Of a DNA stretch of 64,000 bases, positions 23,439-37,712 are shown in pieces. Within the stretch, counting starts at the first letter, position 1, and each line of letters begins with the position of its first letter. Under the pieces are notes generated by a model. It was not told where the DNA came from. It saw only the letters and a list, made by a program, of their open reading frames with translations, and did no database searches. The position numbers and the translations under genes were made by a program. This DNA is from Raillietiella orientalis (taxonomy: Eukaryota): positions 868,001-932,000 of the forward strand of contig JAYWIR010000036.1 of the NCBI GenBank assembly GCA_036172245.1, in the 5' to 3' direction.

Positions 23439-26400
23439 ATGCAGCATTCGCCAGCAGAAATTAAAGCGAGATTATTAAATGCCCTGGACCAGGACAACAA
23501 TGTAAGCATTCGTCTCGAAAAAAAATGCGGAAAAACTTGTTTTTTTTTTTCCCCTACTCCCCTTTTTTCCTTTTTTTTCAAACGAAGATCTCGTGGAAAA
23601 TAAAGTTTGCATTGTGAATTGTGCAAGTTAAGGTGTCGTGGCAAGGGGTCTACGAAAAAACACTATAATGTCCGAGTACCGTACCATGGGAGTACCAATA
23701 CGTTTCAAAGTTAATTTCACACATCCCATGGCTCCTGTTCAGAATTTAGAATAAGTGCAGCTTGTAGTAGTATACCAAGAAGTGATTTGTAGAAAAATGC
23801 TCCAGAGGAAAATGCCTCATTGCGATCTCACTCCAGTGTGCACGCGCATGCGTGAAAGTTGCAGATTTAAGATAAAATTGGGATGAAGTATTAGGATTAA
23901 TATTAATGTTTTCCTTTTTTTCCTTCCCTCCCCCCCTTTTTTTTTTCTTTCTTGGATATCCGTGTATTTCATGCCAAAATGTTCGGTACGTTTTTTTCAT
24001 CTGTTGAAAGCGAATCTCAGGTTTTAGTCTTAAGACCAGCTACATTTATTTTCAATTCGATTTCAGTTAATGACAGGAACCTTTTTTCCAGTGACCAAAT
24101 AGTTTTTTTAAAAAAAAAAAAAAATGATTGGACTTTCAATGTATTTTGTATTTACAAATATTCATGAAGAAATCTGCTTTAATGTATTTCATTATCAGGT
24201 ATTGTGGATTAATGAAAGGTATCTGTATTCCCAGACTGCCATTTACAAGTTACTATTCAAAAACATTGTCCAACATTCTAAATGTTTCTTCATCACCACT
24301 GTTTTCCTTATTCTCGTATCAAGTGATCATTACAGTTGCTTTTTGATCTCAAATCATCAGTTTCCAATTTTAGGCTTTAGCACACCAGTTTATTTCAAAA
24401 CGTTCTTAAATCAATTAACTTAATGAAACCACGAATTCCTAGTATGATTTCACTTGTAATTGATCATGATATTATTTTTATGCTGGATCAAGATCTTCTT
24501 TCATTATCTGAGCATTGCAGCATGTTCAAAAAAAAATTGACATTCAGTTGGCTGCTGTCTATGTTTTACAAACAATATTATGTTTTACATTATCTAAAGT
24601 ATAGTGAATTGTTTTCGTTTTAGCTGAGCTTTTAAGTGAATAGAGTATTTTATGTAATTGCCAACTCTTTGGCCATAAATAAGTGTAAGCTCAAACCCAG
24701 GGTTCTTTGATTTTCATTTAAGTGCATCATATTGGCTTTTCCTCGAGCAAATCCTGTAACGTTTACTCGAAAATATATCGGAAGAATGATTAACTAAGCT
24801 GTTCAATAAGCAGTTATGCTTTTAATATCCAAGAAACAGTGGAATGTTGAAATCCATGAGATTCATAAAAACATAACCTATGACTATGACTTAATTCCCT
24901 TTGAATGTGCAGATTGATGAGAAAAATTAATACTGTGGTGTATGTGGAGCATTGGATAATATAATGTATACACTTAACTTTATTTGATGTATTGCCTGTA
25001 AAGAATGCAAATAACTTTGGAAATTATTAATATGAAATCTCTTTTTGTTTAGGTTATTGACATTCCTGCAGTTATGGAAATTATTGGAGTACTGGAAACA
25101 ATGTGTATTACCAAAGAGATTTTGGAGGTAGTCTTGCAAAGCTTTATCCATATTTGTATTAAAATATTAAGTGATATTACAATAAGTATTTATTATTTTT
25201 AATTTTGACCCTCATCAAGATTGATAGTTGTCATTTCATTGATTGACAGTGATTTTGTTTTAGAGATAGCACATTGAATTACTAGTACAAAAATTGCCAT
25301 TTTTTAAGTCCAATAAGTGCAATGAATTTTAAAGAACTTGTAATGTAACATAGATCACATAATGTAAAGTAGCATAGATATTGAATCACTTATTTTACGA
25401 GTCTTGTTTTGAAAGTTTTTTCAGTTTTATCGAGAGTAGTGTCACTTTTAATTCACAGTAATTGTTTTGCTCCTTTTTTCATTATTTGGAACTTGATTCT
25501 CTCCCCCCCCCTCCCCTCCCCCCCTTCCCAAAGCATTATCATGGCTTTCATCGTTGTTGAAAGCAATGCAGTAACAAGGTGCCTTTTAAATTTATAATTT
25601 GTTTCAAACATTCTTAAACAAAAATAAGAATCCATAGTGTGCTATTGAAAACAGAAATAAATTCATACACAAATTAAAAAGTAGATTTTATTAGGATATA
25701 CTTCACTTTGGCAAAGTTTCTCGTGTGTGGTCTGCAAATATATTTCAGTGATCTATCCAAACATTACAAATATGCATAATAAGTGTTATGCAAGAATACG
25801 GAATGCAAGGAACCTTTTAATATTTCCTCTGAAATTTGAATATCTTTTATCAAACATTTCATTTGATTATATGATGTGTATGTGTGTGTGTGCACATGTG
25901 TGTGGATCTGCATTTCCAGTGTAAACACCTTTCAGTACTTCTCACATCATGTGTTTTCCTCAGTGTCTCTTTGTCATTTTTGAAAGTCTGCTGAAATTGC
26001 TTAATTACTTTGAGATTAAGATTTTTCTGGTTTTATAATGAATCAGCATACTTACCACAAACAGAATGGAAGGCTTGAGAAACTACATGAAAGATCAGGA
26101 TTTCCATGGAAGATTGTTCTCGATAACTGGATTTTTTTCTTCTTTCATTTCCTTTCATTTCAATTTATATCTTGCATCTTCAAATTTGATTTGTCAATAT
26201 GTGCTGTTGTTTTTTTCATAATCAAATAGTGTTTCTCATTTACAGCTTCTGCTATTGGAACCCATATTTCCAGTTAAAAGTAGATAATTTGAAATCTTTT
26301 TTTGGAAAATATATCATACTGAGAAATCAAGTAACATAGATATTGAATCGAAAATTTGAGTAGGAAAGAAATAATAAAGAAACTTGCAAAACTTTATCCC

Positions 26401-29400
26401 AAAAATACATGCTAAAAATAGATCCTTTTAATGTATGCCAGAAAAATTGTTTTCCCTTGAATTTTCAAAAAAAGCTCCGGATTACAACAGCATTTTTTTT
26501 TTCCAGTCATTACTTAAGTATGCATTAAAACTTATAATAGCTGTTTCATACAAGTAAAAAAAATTACTCATGAGTTTCTGTTTGTTGGAAATCCTAAACG
26601 ATACATGAGAAAGCTCTGTGGAATTCCTTTGTTAATTCATTGAAAGTAATTTCCCCCCTTTAGGAGTGGAAAATCCAAACTCCAACGTTTGACAATATCA
26701 TTTACGAATTTGAAATACGGATGAAAAATTTGCAGTTTCGATAAAATTTTAACCATTTGTAAAACTGAATGAGAGGAAAGAAAATGTTAATACCCATGCT
26801 GACATTCAAGGAACATATGCATTGCAGCATCTCACTGCATCAGATTCTGCATATGCTTAATATATTGTTAATTAATTTAAGAATAATTACAAATTGCATG
26901 CTTAATTTCATTCACAGCATCCATTATTAGGCACTGGTCAGTAGAATTGTGTTTTTTGAAATCTTTCATTCAATAATTCCATTAATAATAATGAGAAATT
27001 GATATTTATATGCATTGTACAATTGTTGAGGTCCAAGCATTTCACGAAGAAACTGATTAAAGTTTTATTAAGGGTGTAATCTAAATATTTAATAATCTAA
27101 AGAATTTTAATTCGTTAGAACCAGCACGAATAAAACAGAAACTGGTTTTTGGGATTACAAAGGTGAAATTCTAGAATTTTAAACGCTTATTTTTTAAAAA
27201 AAAAATGGACTGTGCAGTTATGATTCGTAATTGATTATTCATTATCGAGATTAATTAAAGATCATATAATCATAATGCAGCAAGGAATCAAATAGAATAT
27301 GTGAAACAGTGTTGCTAGCATAAAAATTAATAACATGAAGAATGTAGATGTATCCTTCACAAAAAAATGTAACTAGGATAAATTATTCAAGCGATCAGAA
27401 ATGTTAAAGTTCCCCTTGATTAATAATACTGATTAAAAAAAAAGAAAAAACTTTTTTTTAAAAAATACAAACCATGATGTTCTTGTGCATAATTGCACGT
27501 TACAATTAAATCAGTACAGTGTAAATGTGTAAATTAAAACAAATCAAAGGCATTATAAGCAACGTTTCTGGTATTAATTTAAAAGTGATTGTAAACATTT
27601 ATTCCTCAAAGTCATAAAAGGGAATGATCAGAATAAAGTCAGGAGTTTGGTGGACTTTATAGTATCATTAAAAATACTTCGATAATGCTTAACAGCATTA
27701 ATTGGAACAATGAAAAAACATGAAAAAAAACTGATAAAAGTTGAGAGAAATGGTGTCAAAGATTTTATGCAGCTTATTACAAGAAGTGTATTATGAAGAA
27801 TTAATTGCTGTGCATAGTAACTGAAAGAACTTCCAACAAGAACAGTGCAAATATGAAATTGTGCTGAAAAATAAGTGTAAGATTTTCAGAATTCTATTTA
27901 AGCTCATTTAGAATTGTTTTTAAAACATGTATCAAAATTCAATATCAATAAAATGCTTTAATATATTTAATTATTGTTAATTTAATTTTTTATGTGTGAA
28001 GTATCCAAAAGTTACCTTACACTACATAATAAAACACTACAGATTCATCACTGCTCTTGGCTGTAGATGACCAGAACCTCATAAAATTTTTTAAAAAGTT
28101 CAAGAAAAATTTGAAAATTTCATCATATAACTACTGAAGATAAGAGAAAATCTTCTGTTGAGTATGGTGTTGTATGATTATGGGATGTGTAAGGTATTTT
28201 CATTAAAAATATGGAGATCAGACAAGAAAAGAAAAGTCTGCACGAATACAGCAAAAAATGCAATGATTAGTTTTGATCTCCTCTTGTTGTTGATCACCAT
28301 CCAATTTATATCATAGTGTATTTCACCAGTTTCAACATTTCATTTTTTTTTTTTTTTTTTTTTTTTGCACATCATTAAGTCAATACACATTACATTCTCA
28401 GTATTTGAAACATTGTGGTTTGGAAAACTGTTTTGCAGTTGCTAGGAATGTAGATGGAAAAACATATTTTGTTTAACAATGCATTAGCTTTTAAGCAAAT
28501 TGTACTAATGTTTTTGCTCCCTTGAATTTTCACTTTCTGTCTTTTCTTTCTCCTTACTTATTTATTTCTTAATTGTATTATTATTTATTCTACACATTGC
28601 AACTCAAATTACATTTTCCAAATTCCAGACTATATTCACAAAATGGAATTAAAGATATTAAAGTTATGAGGAATTATAGCAAAGTGACAGGAACATGGAT
28701 TTATTATATATTTGTTTGTTGCTATGAGTTTGGTAAAGTTTACAAATATTCTGATGAACCTATTTAAACTTCTGCATGTATGTTAATAATAATTCACTCA
28801 AGATAACAGTAGCATACTTATTAATACATATCGCAGTGTTTGTTGACTTTCAAAACTATAATGTAATAGAAATAAAATTCCAAAATTAATAATTGGATTT
28901 TAGAATACTTGTTCATCAAAGAAACAAAAAATGTGGTGCATAATGTGCTTGTTTGTAACAAAGTATTTGTGAATAAAAGACTATATTACATAATTTGAAA
29001 TGATCAAAGCAGTGTATGCATTTGGAATGAGTTTTGTATATTCATAGATGATCAGTTATATTCTAATGCTTCTAGGTTTTCTGTTTTTCAATTATTGCCA
29101 TAGGAACTGTAACAGCAGGATAATGTGTGAAATGATTATTTATAAATTAGCATTGAAGTATATATACATATTTCAGATATGTGTGTGCATATATACGTAT
29201 ACACACACATATATTTGTGTACCAAAATTTGAAGAAAAGAAACTAATTGATTGCTTTGCAGACCACCAGACTTGGCAAGTATGTCAATGAGCTGCGTAAA
29301 CGTACTGATGATAGCAGTCTGGCCAAGAGGGCAAAGGATTTGGTCAGGAAATGGAGAGCCTTAATTGAACCAGCATCCTTAAATAATGGTTCTGCATTGG

Positions 29401-30578
29401 GCCCTCCATTAAATCTGAAAATGATGACCAGTTCTTGTATGAGAAGCCAACCAAGTCCTTGTGCACCACCAGTTGCAGGAGTGCTATTCTCTACTGTGAT
29501 CAGTCCTATGAATTCTCTTCCCTCCAGTGGATCTGCAAGTCCTAGCATACCCCATGTTGATACTGCTCTTTTAAGTGTCAATTGTTCTAAAACACTGAAT
29601 TCTGGTCCTGGTCGGCCAGGTCACATAGAACATCTACATAAATGTAATTCCTACCATATTCCTGCCAGTCCTCATCAGCATCATAACAAAAGATCTTTAT
29701 TTCATTCTCCTGAAACAGATTCCAACAAGGATTCTGTTGATCATGTCTGTTTTTCAACAAAACGATCCCGTAAAGATGAAGACCTTGATGAACTTGATAT
29801 CAGTGTTATACCATTATCAGGTATAAATCATTTTCCCATAGTCAATGGTTTAGAAGATAGCCAAAGTATTGACGAAGGTAGTCGAGACAGTTTCACAAGT
29901 GCTCATAGTGATATAGCATCTTCTCAACATGTGATTAGTGAAAAAAGGAATTCTTGTCATTCAAAACAAAGGAATACCAGTGTCAGGCAAGGACATGACC
30001 TACTTAAAGAACAGTTTGCTTTGCTGGCGAATCGCAATACTAAAGTCAAAACAACAAAGGAAATTGTGGCCAAATTAGCTCAAAGTAGTGGTTCTGAATC
30101 TTTGGCTGCAGTGGCCAATCAGCTACCAGAGTCTTTACAAAACATTTCTACAATAGCATCTTCAAGTAGCAAACGTAGTCAGAATTACACTGATTTGAGT
30201 AAAAATAAATCTGAGCTGATTGAAAAGTTTTTACAGTCACAGACTCAGGGTGAACCATATATTGAAAATTCCACCACAATTTCAAACTCTACAGACAGTG
30301 CAAATATTCACATACCCAAAATTGAACAGGAGATACAAGACATTCTGTGCCAGCTTCCCCCATTGCACTCTGTAAATATAGTGTGGAATGATGATGAACT
30401 GGCAGATCATCCACCAGTATGTGATGAAGTAGTGCAAAGGTTGCACAGTGAACAGGTTGATTGTATGAATGGAAACTATGACTTCCAAGGTAAATTCAAG
30501 CATTGGAATGAAATTGTACTACAAAGTTCACATAATGATGAGTTATTACCAATATTGCCTTATGTTATCCTAGATTAG
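23439..30578 (+). CDS. MED26: Mediator subunit 26, 484 aa. Exons 23439-23501, 25053-25127, 29262-30578
   Basis: MQHSPAEIKARLLNALDQDNN|VIDIPAVMEIIGVLETMCITKEILE|TTRLGKYVNELRK...LAKRAKDLVRKWRALIEP (TFIIS-N/Med26 domain) and C-terminal MNGNYDFQGKFKHW...LPILPYVILD. Two phase-0 GT-AG introns. Confidence 0.93.
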
Positions 30579-33500
30579 TTTTTTTTCCCCTTTCGATATT
30601 TTGAAAACATTTTCTGGCAAACATTAGTCGTGGAAAAATAAATTACCATACTTATCTATTCAAATATATTTTCTTAGAAGCACAGTGTATTTCCTTTTTA
30701 ATTATTTTTGCCAAAATATATAACTTGCATGGCTGTTTTCAAGTCTTTCATAAGTCGCACAATACAAAAAAAGGGGGGGGGGGGAACTAAGCACAGAAAA
30801 ATTGAAAGGGAAAGAATTACCACCAAGGAATGCAAAGGACTGTATTTTGCAATGCTACATTTTGGCATCACACTTCAGTTTGACAAATTGCAAGGCAAGT
30901 TCAAAGTACTATTAAAGTCCTTCGGCCTGCTCAGCCGGGCAAACTGGCCAAGTCCCAGCTTTCCTTACCAGCGGTGTGTTCGGTACATGCGGTCCGGAGT
31001 GGGAGGACGGGAGCTGAAGACTACAGGAGAGTGAGAACTTCCTCTTCCGCGCTGAGGAATCGTACTGTTGCCGCGCTCATTGTTTTCGCCATTGTTGCGT
31101 GTGCCGCCCCCGCACTCCGCGAAACGTCACCTGCGCTCCCGACTTCCCGGAACTTTTGCTGCACGCCATTTTGCCGCCTCCCGCCGGCGGCGGCCGCGGG
31201 AGGACCCCCCCCCTCCCCTTCCCACGAACCCTGGCAGGTCAGCAGCGGCGAAGGGTGTGTGTGGAGCACTTTCACATCGGGGCCGGCAACACTTCGTCCG
31301 GGGAGCGAGGGGCCTCGGTGGGACCGCAACGGGCCCTACGGTTGGGCTTAGCCGCGAAACGCGAAGGGAAACGTGAGTGACCGACAAAATTAAGTACCAC
31401 GGGTGACACTTGCTCCTGCGTACCTGCCCTCCGGGCGATCCCCGGTACACGAAGACATCTTTCAGCACCCTCGGTTCCACAATCACGCATTCCATGCTCT
31501 TTTGTTTGTTTTGGTTACTCTTCGGTCGTCCTCCAGACAGAGTGCCAAAACGTTGAGGGTGGAGGGGGGGCAAAAAAAATTTTTTTTTTTTTAAAAAAAA
31601 ACAAAAAATGAAAATCAGAGATCAGCCTTTCAGCTTTCCCTGTCAGGATGTGTGCAGACCTTGACAATTTTTGAGAACCCCCGTATTTCAGCTCGCACGC
31701 AATTCTGAATCCCGGATGTCTTCGTTTTCTCAAGCCTCAGGAAAAAACGCATCCCTTTTGGGTGTGTCCCGAGAATTTGGGGACTCGGGTTTCCCCATAT
31801 TCGTAAGCTACATGTACCGTGCTCCATATCATTCCACGCGAGCTTGGAAATCATTCAAGGGGCGAACCATTCATGAATGCAACGGCTCCGACGTTTAATT
31901 GCTGATGAGGGAAAGCACTGAAAATGAACCGACAATCTTTCCCGGCGCCAAAAAAAAAAAAGAAAAATCATCGAATGGAAAAAAGTGTTTTCTATCGTCG
32001 GGGCTGCAGCTTTGGGGTGCTCCAATGCCTCGATTCCACGAGTGTGTGTCCGAAACGGCTCCTTCCAACTGGAAGCACATTCGTTAGTCCTTTGTACATT
32101 ATGGAACTTTGGATCGTGTGCTTTGATGGACTCCTAATTTTACAAGCCGCAAAGTGCAAAGTGCCTTTCTGATGGGAAATTGGCAGAGCAGCCGATGTGA
32201 GTTTACTGAATCGATTCGGAATCTCATCAACAACTAGAAAACTATTCCAACAGCATCCTGGTTCACAAAATGAATTCGAATCCATGTTCCTTCATTTGTG
32301 TTGCATTTCAAAATGTCGAAACTTCGTTACACAAACGTTTCCAATTCGAACAGCTAAGCTGTAGCAAAAGGTTTCCAGGTAAAAAGAAGAAAAACCTGAA
32401 TGCTTAATAAACTCAATAAATACTTCGTAAACATTAATTTGCAATCACCAAAGGATTTTTTCGAACAAAATTCCATCCTCTTCCAAATTCTAATTTTCCA
32501 CACGACTGTTCTCTAAACACAATACACGTTCCATGGTTTGTGATGTGGAATTAGCCGAGTCTGCAGTAATGTGCTTTTAGCAAGGGAGATTCTCAGCTGA
32601 ATCGAATCCCTTAAATCTTGATGGTAAAAGCGCCCTTGACCGATTTTAAAGTCAACATCAATTATAGGTATCAGTTTTAATTGCACGACGTTCATGACCC
32701 CTGACTAGAATGAATATACAAATACAATTAGGGCTGCTGCTTGTTTAAGCGCTGTGCCTTACATAATAACAGCAATTACGATTAATTTCTGTAGTGTACT
32801 TTAGACAATTGGAAAAGTGATTGATTTTTTTTTTTTGTTCGTGTGGAAAACAGCTTCAATTGCATTCTTATAATTGTTATGATAGCATGAAGAGCATTTA
32901 GTTCAGCATCACATAAATTTCACGGATCCTTGACCACAGTGTCTATTCGGGAAAAGTTCTATTTTGAAAGCAATATATTTTCTGGATACATTTCATCATA
33001 ACTCTCTTCGATGATCGATAACTGCTCTTCGGGTGTCCCTGTTTTTGAAAGCGGTATGCTACACACTGGTTGCCAATAGCTATCTCTTCCTCATTTGATT
33101 AGGAATTGGTTTTTCCGATCCTGATCCAATCCAAGGTTTCATATCTACATTGTTCTGTGATCCTACAGCATACCTGCGTTACGAGGATTAGATGGCCTTT
33201 GAAACGAATGGGCAGCTCCAACATCATGTTGCTATCTTTGAATTCTCGATTGCAACATCCCAACCCGAAGCCAAATTTTCGAAAGGAAGGATTTTGTGAT
33301 CCGTTCATATCTGCGTCTGTTGTACATTTTGGTGAAGCACATTGCTGGGAGATCTGCAAATTTGCTAGATTATGCACCTTATGCAATCTACCAATGTTTT
33401 AAAGAAAATGAAACTCTCAGCTGATTCTCCAACGTCGTCATATTGATGCAAGCTCATCAGTGATTGCCGATCTGAATCATTATTATATATTCAATCACAT

Positions 33501-35673
33501 TCAGTATATTTGAAAATTCCAGTCATTATGAGTGCTAACAAAATAATTTTCTTCCCACGGAACCATAACAAAATCCTAAATCCTACTCATGTTGCTCTCA
33601 GATTCGTCTTCCGCTCCCCCAAAGAACTTCTCTCGTTACTGAAAACAACAGTCACACTCCATCTGACCTCCACTAATCTTCACTCGAATTCAGAACTTTC
33701 TTAGCTATTCCAAGAGGCACGTCTAAAATCGAAGTTACATCAAATGTATCGAATTTACTCGATTGCATATTTCAAGGGGGGGGAAACAAAACAAAACAGA
33801 AATAAATAAGCGACTTGCGGAAACCCAGTTTATCTGTGCTTCGTCATTAGGATCTAAAGAATGAGTCTGTGTTTGTCTTCGGGAGCTTGAGTACATCAGA
33901 ATATTGCAGAGTTTACTTTACGCAGCTTCTGTGAAATCTTCGCTCTTGAGGTATACTTGAATCCGGCAGCGTTTCCCTTTCCTTCTGCTATTGCACCTGT
34001 GTGTGAATAGATCATTTGATATTACTGGTCAACGACCATCAAAATCTGGCAAAATAAGTGAATGTTCTCTCTCTGAACATACTGCCAAGAGTAAATAGGG
34101 AAATAGTACTGTGTTTTAGCAAATACAATAGATTGAATTAAGTGAAGCCTTGAATGTGTAGAGTACACATCTATCTCTAATGAACACTCTGAAATCTCGT
34201 TGTCCTGATACGATAGATAGCTTTTTTTTTTTTAAGAGGCTTAAAAAAAAATCTGTAAAAATTCTGCAAAATCGATGTAAATCCATGCACGCGTGCAATT
34301 AAATAAGAGAAATTCTTTGAAAAGGTATGCAACAGATTATGAAGTTTTTTCTGATACCTTTTATTGTCATTTAGTTACTACATTGTAGTACTCCAAGCAT
34401 TTCATTTAGAGAACATATTGGTTGCCGAGAAATTAAATCAGAGGGACCTGATGCATGTGAGATCTCTTCAAACTTAATTCCTGTGCACATTAAATTCAGA
34501 TAATTACAGGAAGTGGTTAGATCTGATGCAACTTTGTCTTCCTAGTTATTGTAATCTTGACTGTAACGCAAAAGGCAAAACACCCTTGTGATTCATAATC
34601 CAAAGAATCAACTGAAGTTATACATTGAATCATATTACAATATCTTCTCTTTCAAGCGCAATAAAATTCGTGTCATGTTCATATAATTTCACATATATCA
34701 CTAATTAGGACGTGACAAACATTTCGTTTAATTACATCAGAATGCAAATAAATGGTCTTCATTATTTAAAAAATTGAGTACCTGATATATTTCGCTAATT
34801 CTGGAGCTTTTTCGTTTTTTGCTCTTTGCAGGCATCTAGAAAAAAATTCAATGTATATTAAAGTTTGCAATATATTTGCATTCGAAAGTTTTCGCTAACT
34901 TAATAAAGAATTTTTGAATTTTCCAAATGTTTGCTTCGTTTACTTCCCGTTTGTATTTATCAACATGCTTATAACAATGTATTTTCATACTTTAGCAGTA
35001 TGAATTATTCATAATATTTTGTGAGAAGTAAGTAACTTGTGTGAATTTTCAAATTTAGCCAATTCATTCAAACAAGAAAAACAAAAGAAAAAAGTCAGCT
35101 TGAAGAATGACGTTCTTGTAAGCCTGTAAAGTGTGGTCATTTCGGAAATGTGCTCTCGAGCACGTGATCGCGGCTGGGAGAACAGATGGATCTCTGTATA
35201 AGCTACTATACACCCTAATCACTGTTTGCTGTACTTGTCCCCATTTCACGGTCTCCTTTGGACTTTTACAGAGGAACTTGCAGCTTTTAAAATACATTAG
35301 TCGGTTTATGCTTATCACTGTCTTTTGCGTAGTTTTTCTTGTACATGATCGAAGGGCTTAGCTGGTCTTTGGCTGGTTGGTGACGCAATACGCCTCATAA
35401 AGGGAATTTTTCAATTTTTCATCACGGGACTCTGTTAATGTTTTATGCACGTTTGTCAAAAGGCTGGTAGTGCCTGATAGTGTTTTCGAAAGTTTGTAGT
35501 ACTTACTAGTGGTTTACCTCCAAATTTGGATTTGAATTTACCATCATTCCTCGTAGGAATTTAGTAAAATGTGTGTGTGCACATAGTTCATTGAGCTCAA
35601 AAAACGAAATAAAAATATGTCTTGGTTATAAGTGCAGTATGTTTGCAAAATGCAAAAAAATGGAAGACCAGGA

Positions 35674-37712
35674 ATGTCTTTGTCAGAACAGATAAGTGGT
35701 TTATGGAAGCAACCCGTACATGACACAGAAGATGAATTTAATTGGACTTCATGTCTGTATTCTGAAAAAATTGTGCCCGATGAATTTCTTGTGTAGATGT
35801 TCCAGATACTCATTTGGGTGACCCAGAATTAGAATCTCTACCAAAAGCCTCTTCAATCTTGAAATTGAAAAATCGAAAATATCTTTCAGATATTGACAAA
35901 AAATATGAAGGTTGTGCTGCATCCAGGGAGATAGATGAAAATGTGTCAGGCAAGTTTTTATCTGGATTCTATGTTTAATAAACCCAATTTAAGTAGATGT
36001 ATTTTATGAATATTTCGTTTTGCTACTTTGTATATGTATCTTACTGGACGGTCAGTTTCATTGCCTGTTTCCTTGACATCAACCTTCGAGTACTAATAAA
36101 CTTAACTGTTACTCAGCAGTCAGTTAGGACTATATTATGTTTTGATTTGCGAATTTAAGTCACTTGTTTATTGTCAATATTAGTAAACGCTAATTGTATC
36201 GATTTAGATGATTCTGTTGAAGATTATGAAGCCAGTAGTTTTTCGGATGAGGAATTTCCATTTGCTGCTTTTGACAGCAAATCCATGGAATGTGAGCCCG
36301 AATCTGCAAATAGGTATCCAATCATTCATTGATTATTTCCATTATTAATGCATTAGTTTTATACTGTATGCAATTTATGTGATAACTACAAATTAATTTA
36401 CTTTTTTGTGAAGAAACGACCATGAAATGCCTTGCAGTGCAGAATTGCATGTTACAAAGGAAGACATTGGTAGGAAGAACGATTTCAAAACACATGCACG
36501 TAATGAAAAAATAAATCATAAACATGTTAACAGTTTTGGTTCAACAGATGAAAAAATAAGCGTTGATTCAACAGTGAAAGAAGCTCCATTTTCAAATCTA
36601 TCAGCAGAATGTTCTGAACAAGATAAGGCTATGCATACCAAAAACCAGATAAGTACTTATCTGAATCCCATGTAATTTGGATAACATTAGCAATTCTTAG
36701 CTTTATGGGATAAAATCTTAGAAAGCCGAATTAAGATGCAGAAGATACTACTTCTGATTAATCAGCTGCCACAGAAAGACTTGGTAGCTTTTATGACACA
36801 GAATTCAGATTTGAAGCAGAAATGGGAAGAAGGAAAAGCTTTTTTACAAGAGTTAATCATCAAGCTTCTCACTTTACAAGTAACAGCAAAATGATATTTT
36901 ATTTCTATTTAATTTTCTCAGAGCTTACTGTGGAAGCAGAACTTATGTGCCAGTAAAACAGAATCCTACCATGAAAATATGCCTAATGCTGCAGCTGTAG
37001 TGGAATCATGTATTAAAGAGCAAACCATCCCTGGATGTTCTGATATTTCTAGAACTTTAGAACTGATGCACCAGCATTTCTCTCCTGTAAGAGATGGAAT
37101 ACTTCAGAAGTGGCAAGAAAAAGTGCAATTCACTTCAAGAAGAAAGAAATCATTTGCTGCTTTGGAACAGTCTCTTGTCCAGCAAGCTAAGCACATTCTC
37201 AGTGATCAGGAAAGACTAATCAAGAGAACACAAAGAAAGAGATCAAGCTACTCCATTCTCCAGAAAGCTGATCAGGTATTTCTCAGATGACACTGAATAA
37301 GAAACATCTTTTGGAACAGGAAGATGAGTTGCATGATCCAGAAATATTTGATGATGATGACTTCTATCATCAACTTCTTCAAGAAGTCATCCACAACAAA
37401 TTAGTAAATGTGACAGATGGTGATGCCCTTGGCAGGTTGGTGAAACTCCTCCTATTGCATGGTATCTTTCATTCTTCTAGACAATGGCTGCATGTTCAAA
37501 AACTGCGCACTCGGTGCAAAAAGACAGTAGACTTGAGAGCCAGTAAAGGTAGAAAGGCCAGATATCATGTCCATCAAAAAATGGTAAATTTCATGGCACC
37601 CAAGAATGACTGTTGCATGGAGAACGATGCTATTCAACAATTATACAAATCCATGTTTAATTCTAAAGTGCCAGATAATACCAATTCACAGATCAGTGAT
37701 GCAATCACATAA
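35674..37712 (+). CDS. AATF: AATF/Che-1/Bfr2 nucleolar protein, ~485 aa. Exons 35674-35752, 35797-35949, 36208-36313, 36414-36652, 36701-36879, 36922-37275, 37320-37435, 37481-37712
   Basis: LSDIDKKYEG, NQITLWDKILESRIKMQK..NQLP, RLIKRTQ, EIFDDDDFYHQLL and VDLRASKGRKARYHVHQKMVNFMAP (TRAUB domain). Exons sum to 1458 nt. Intron 2 uses a GC donor. An in-frame ATG at 35650 is an alternative start. Confidence 0.93.
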
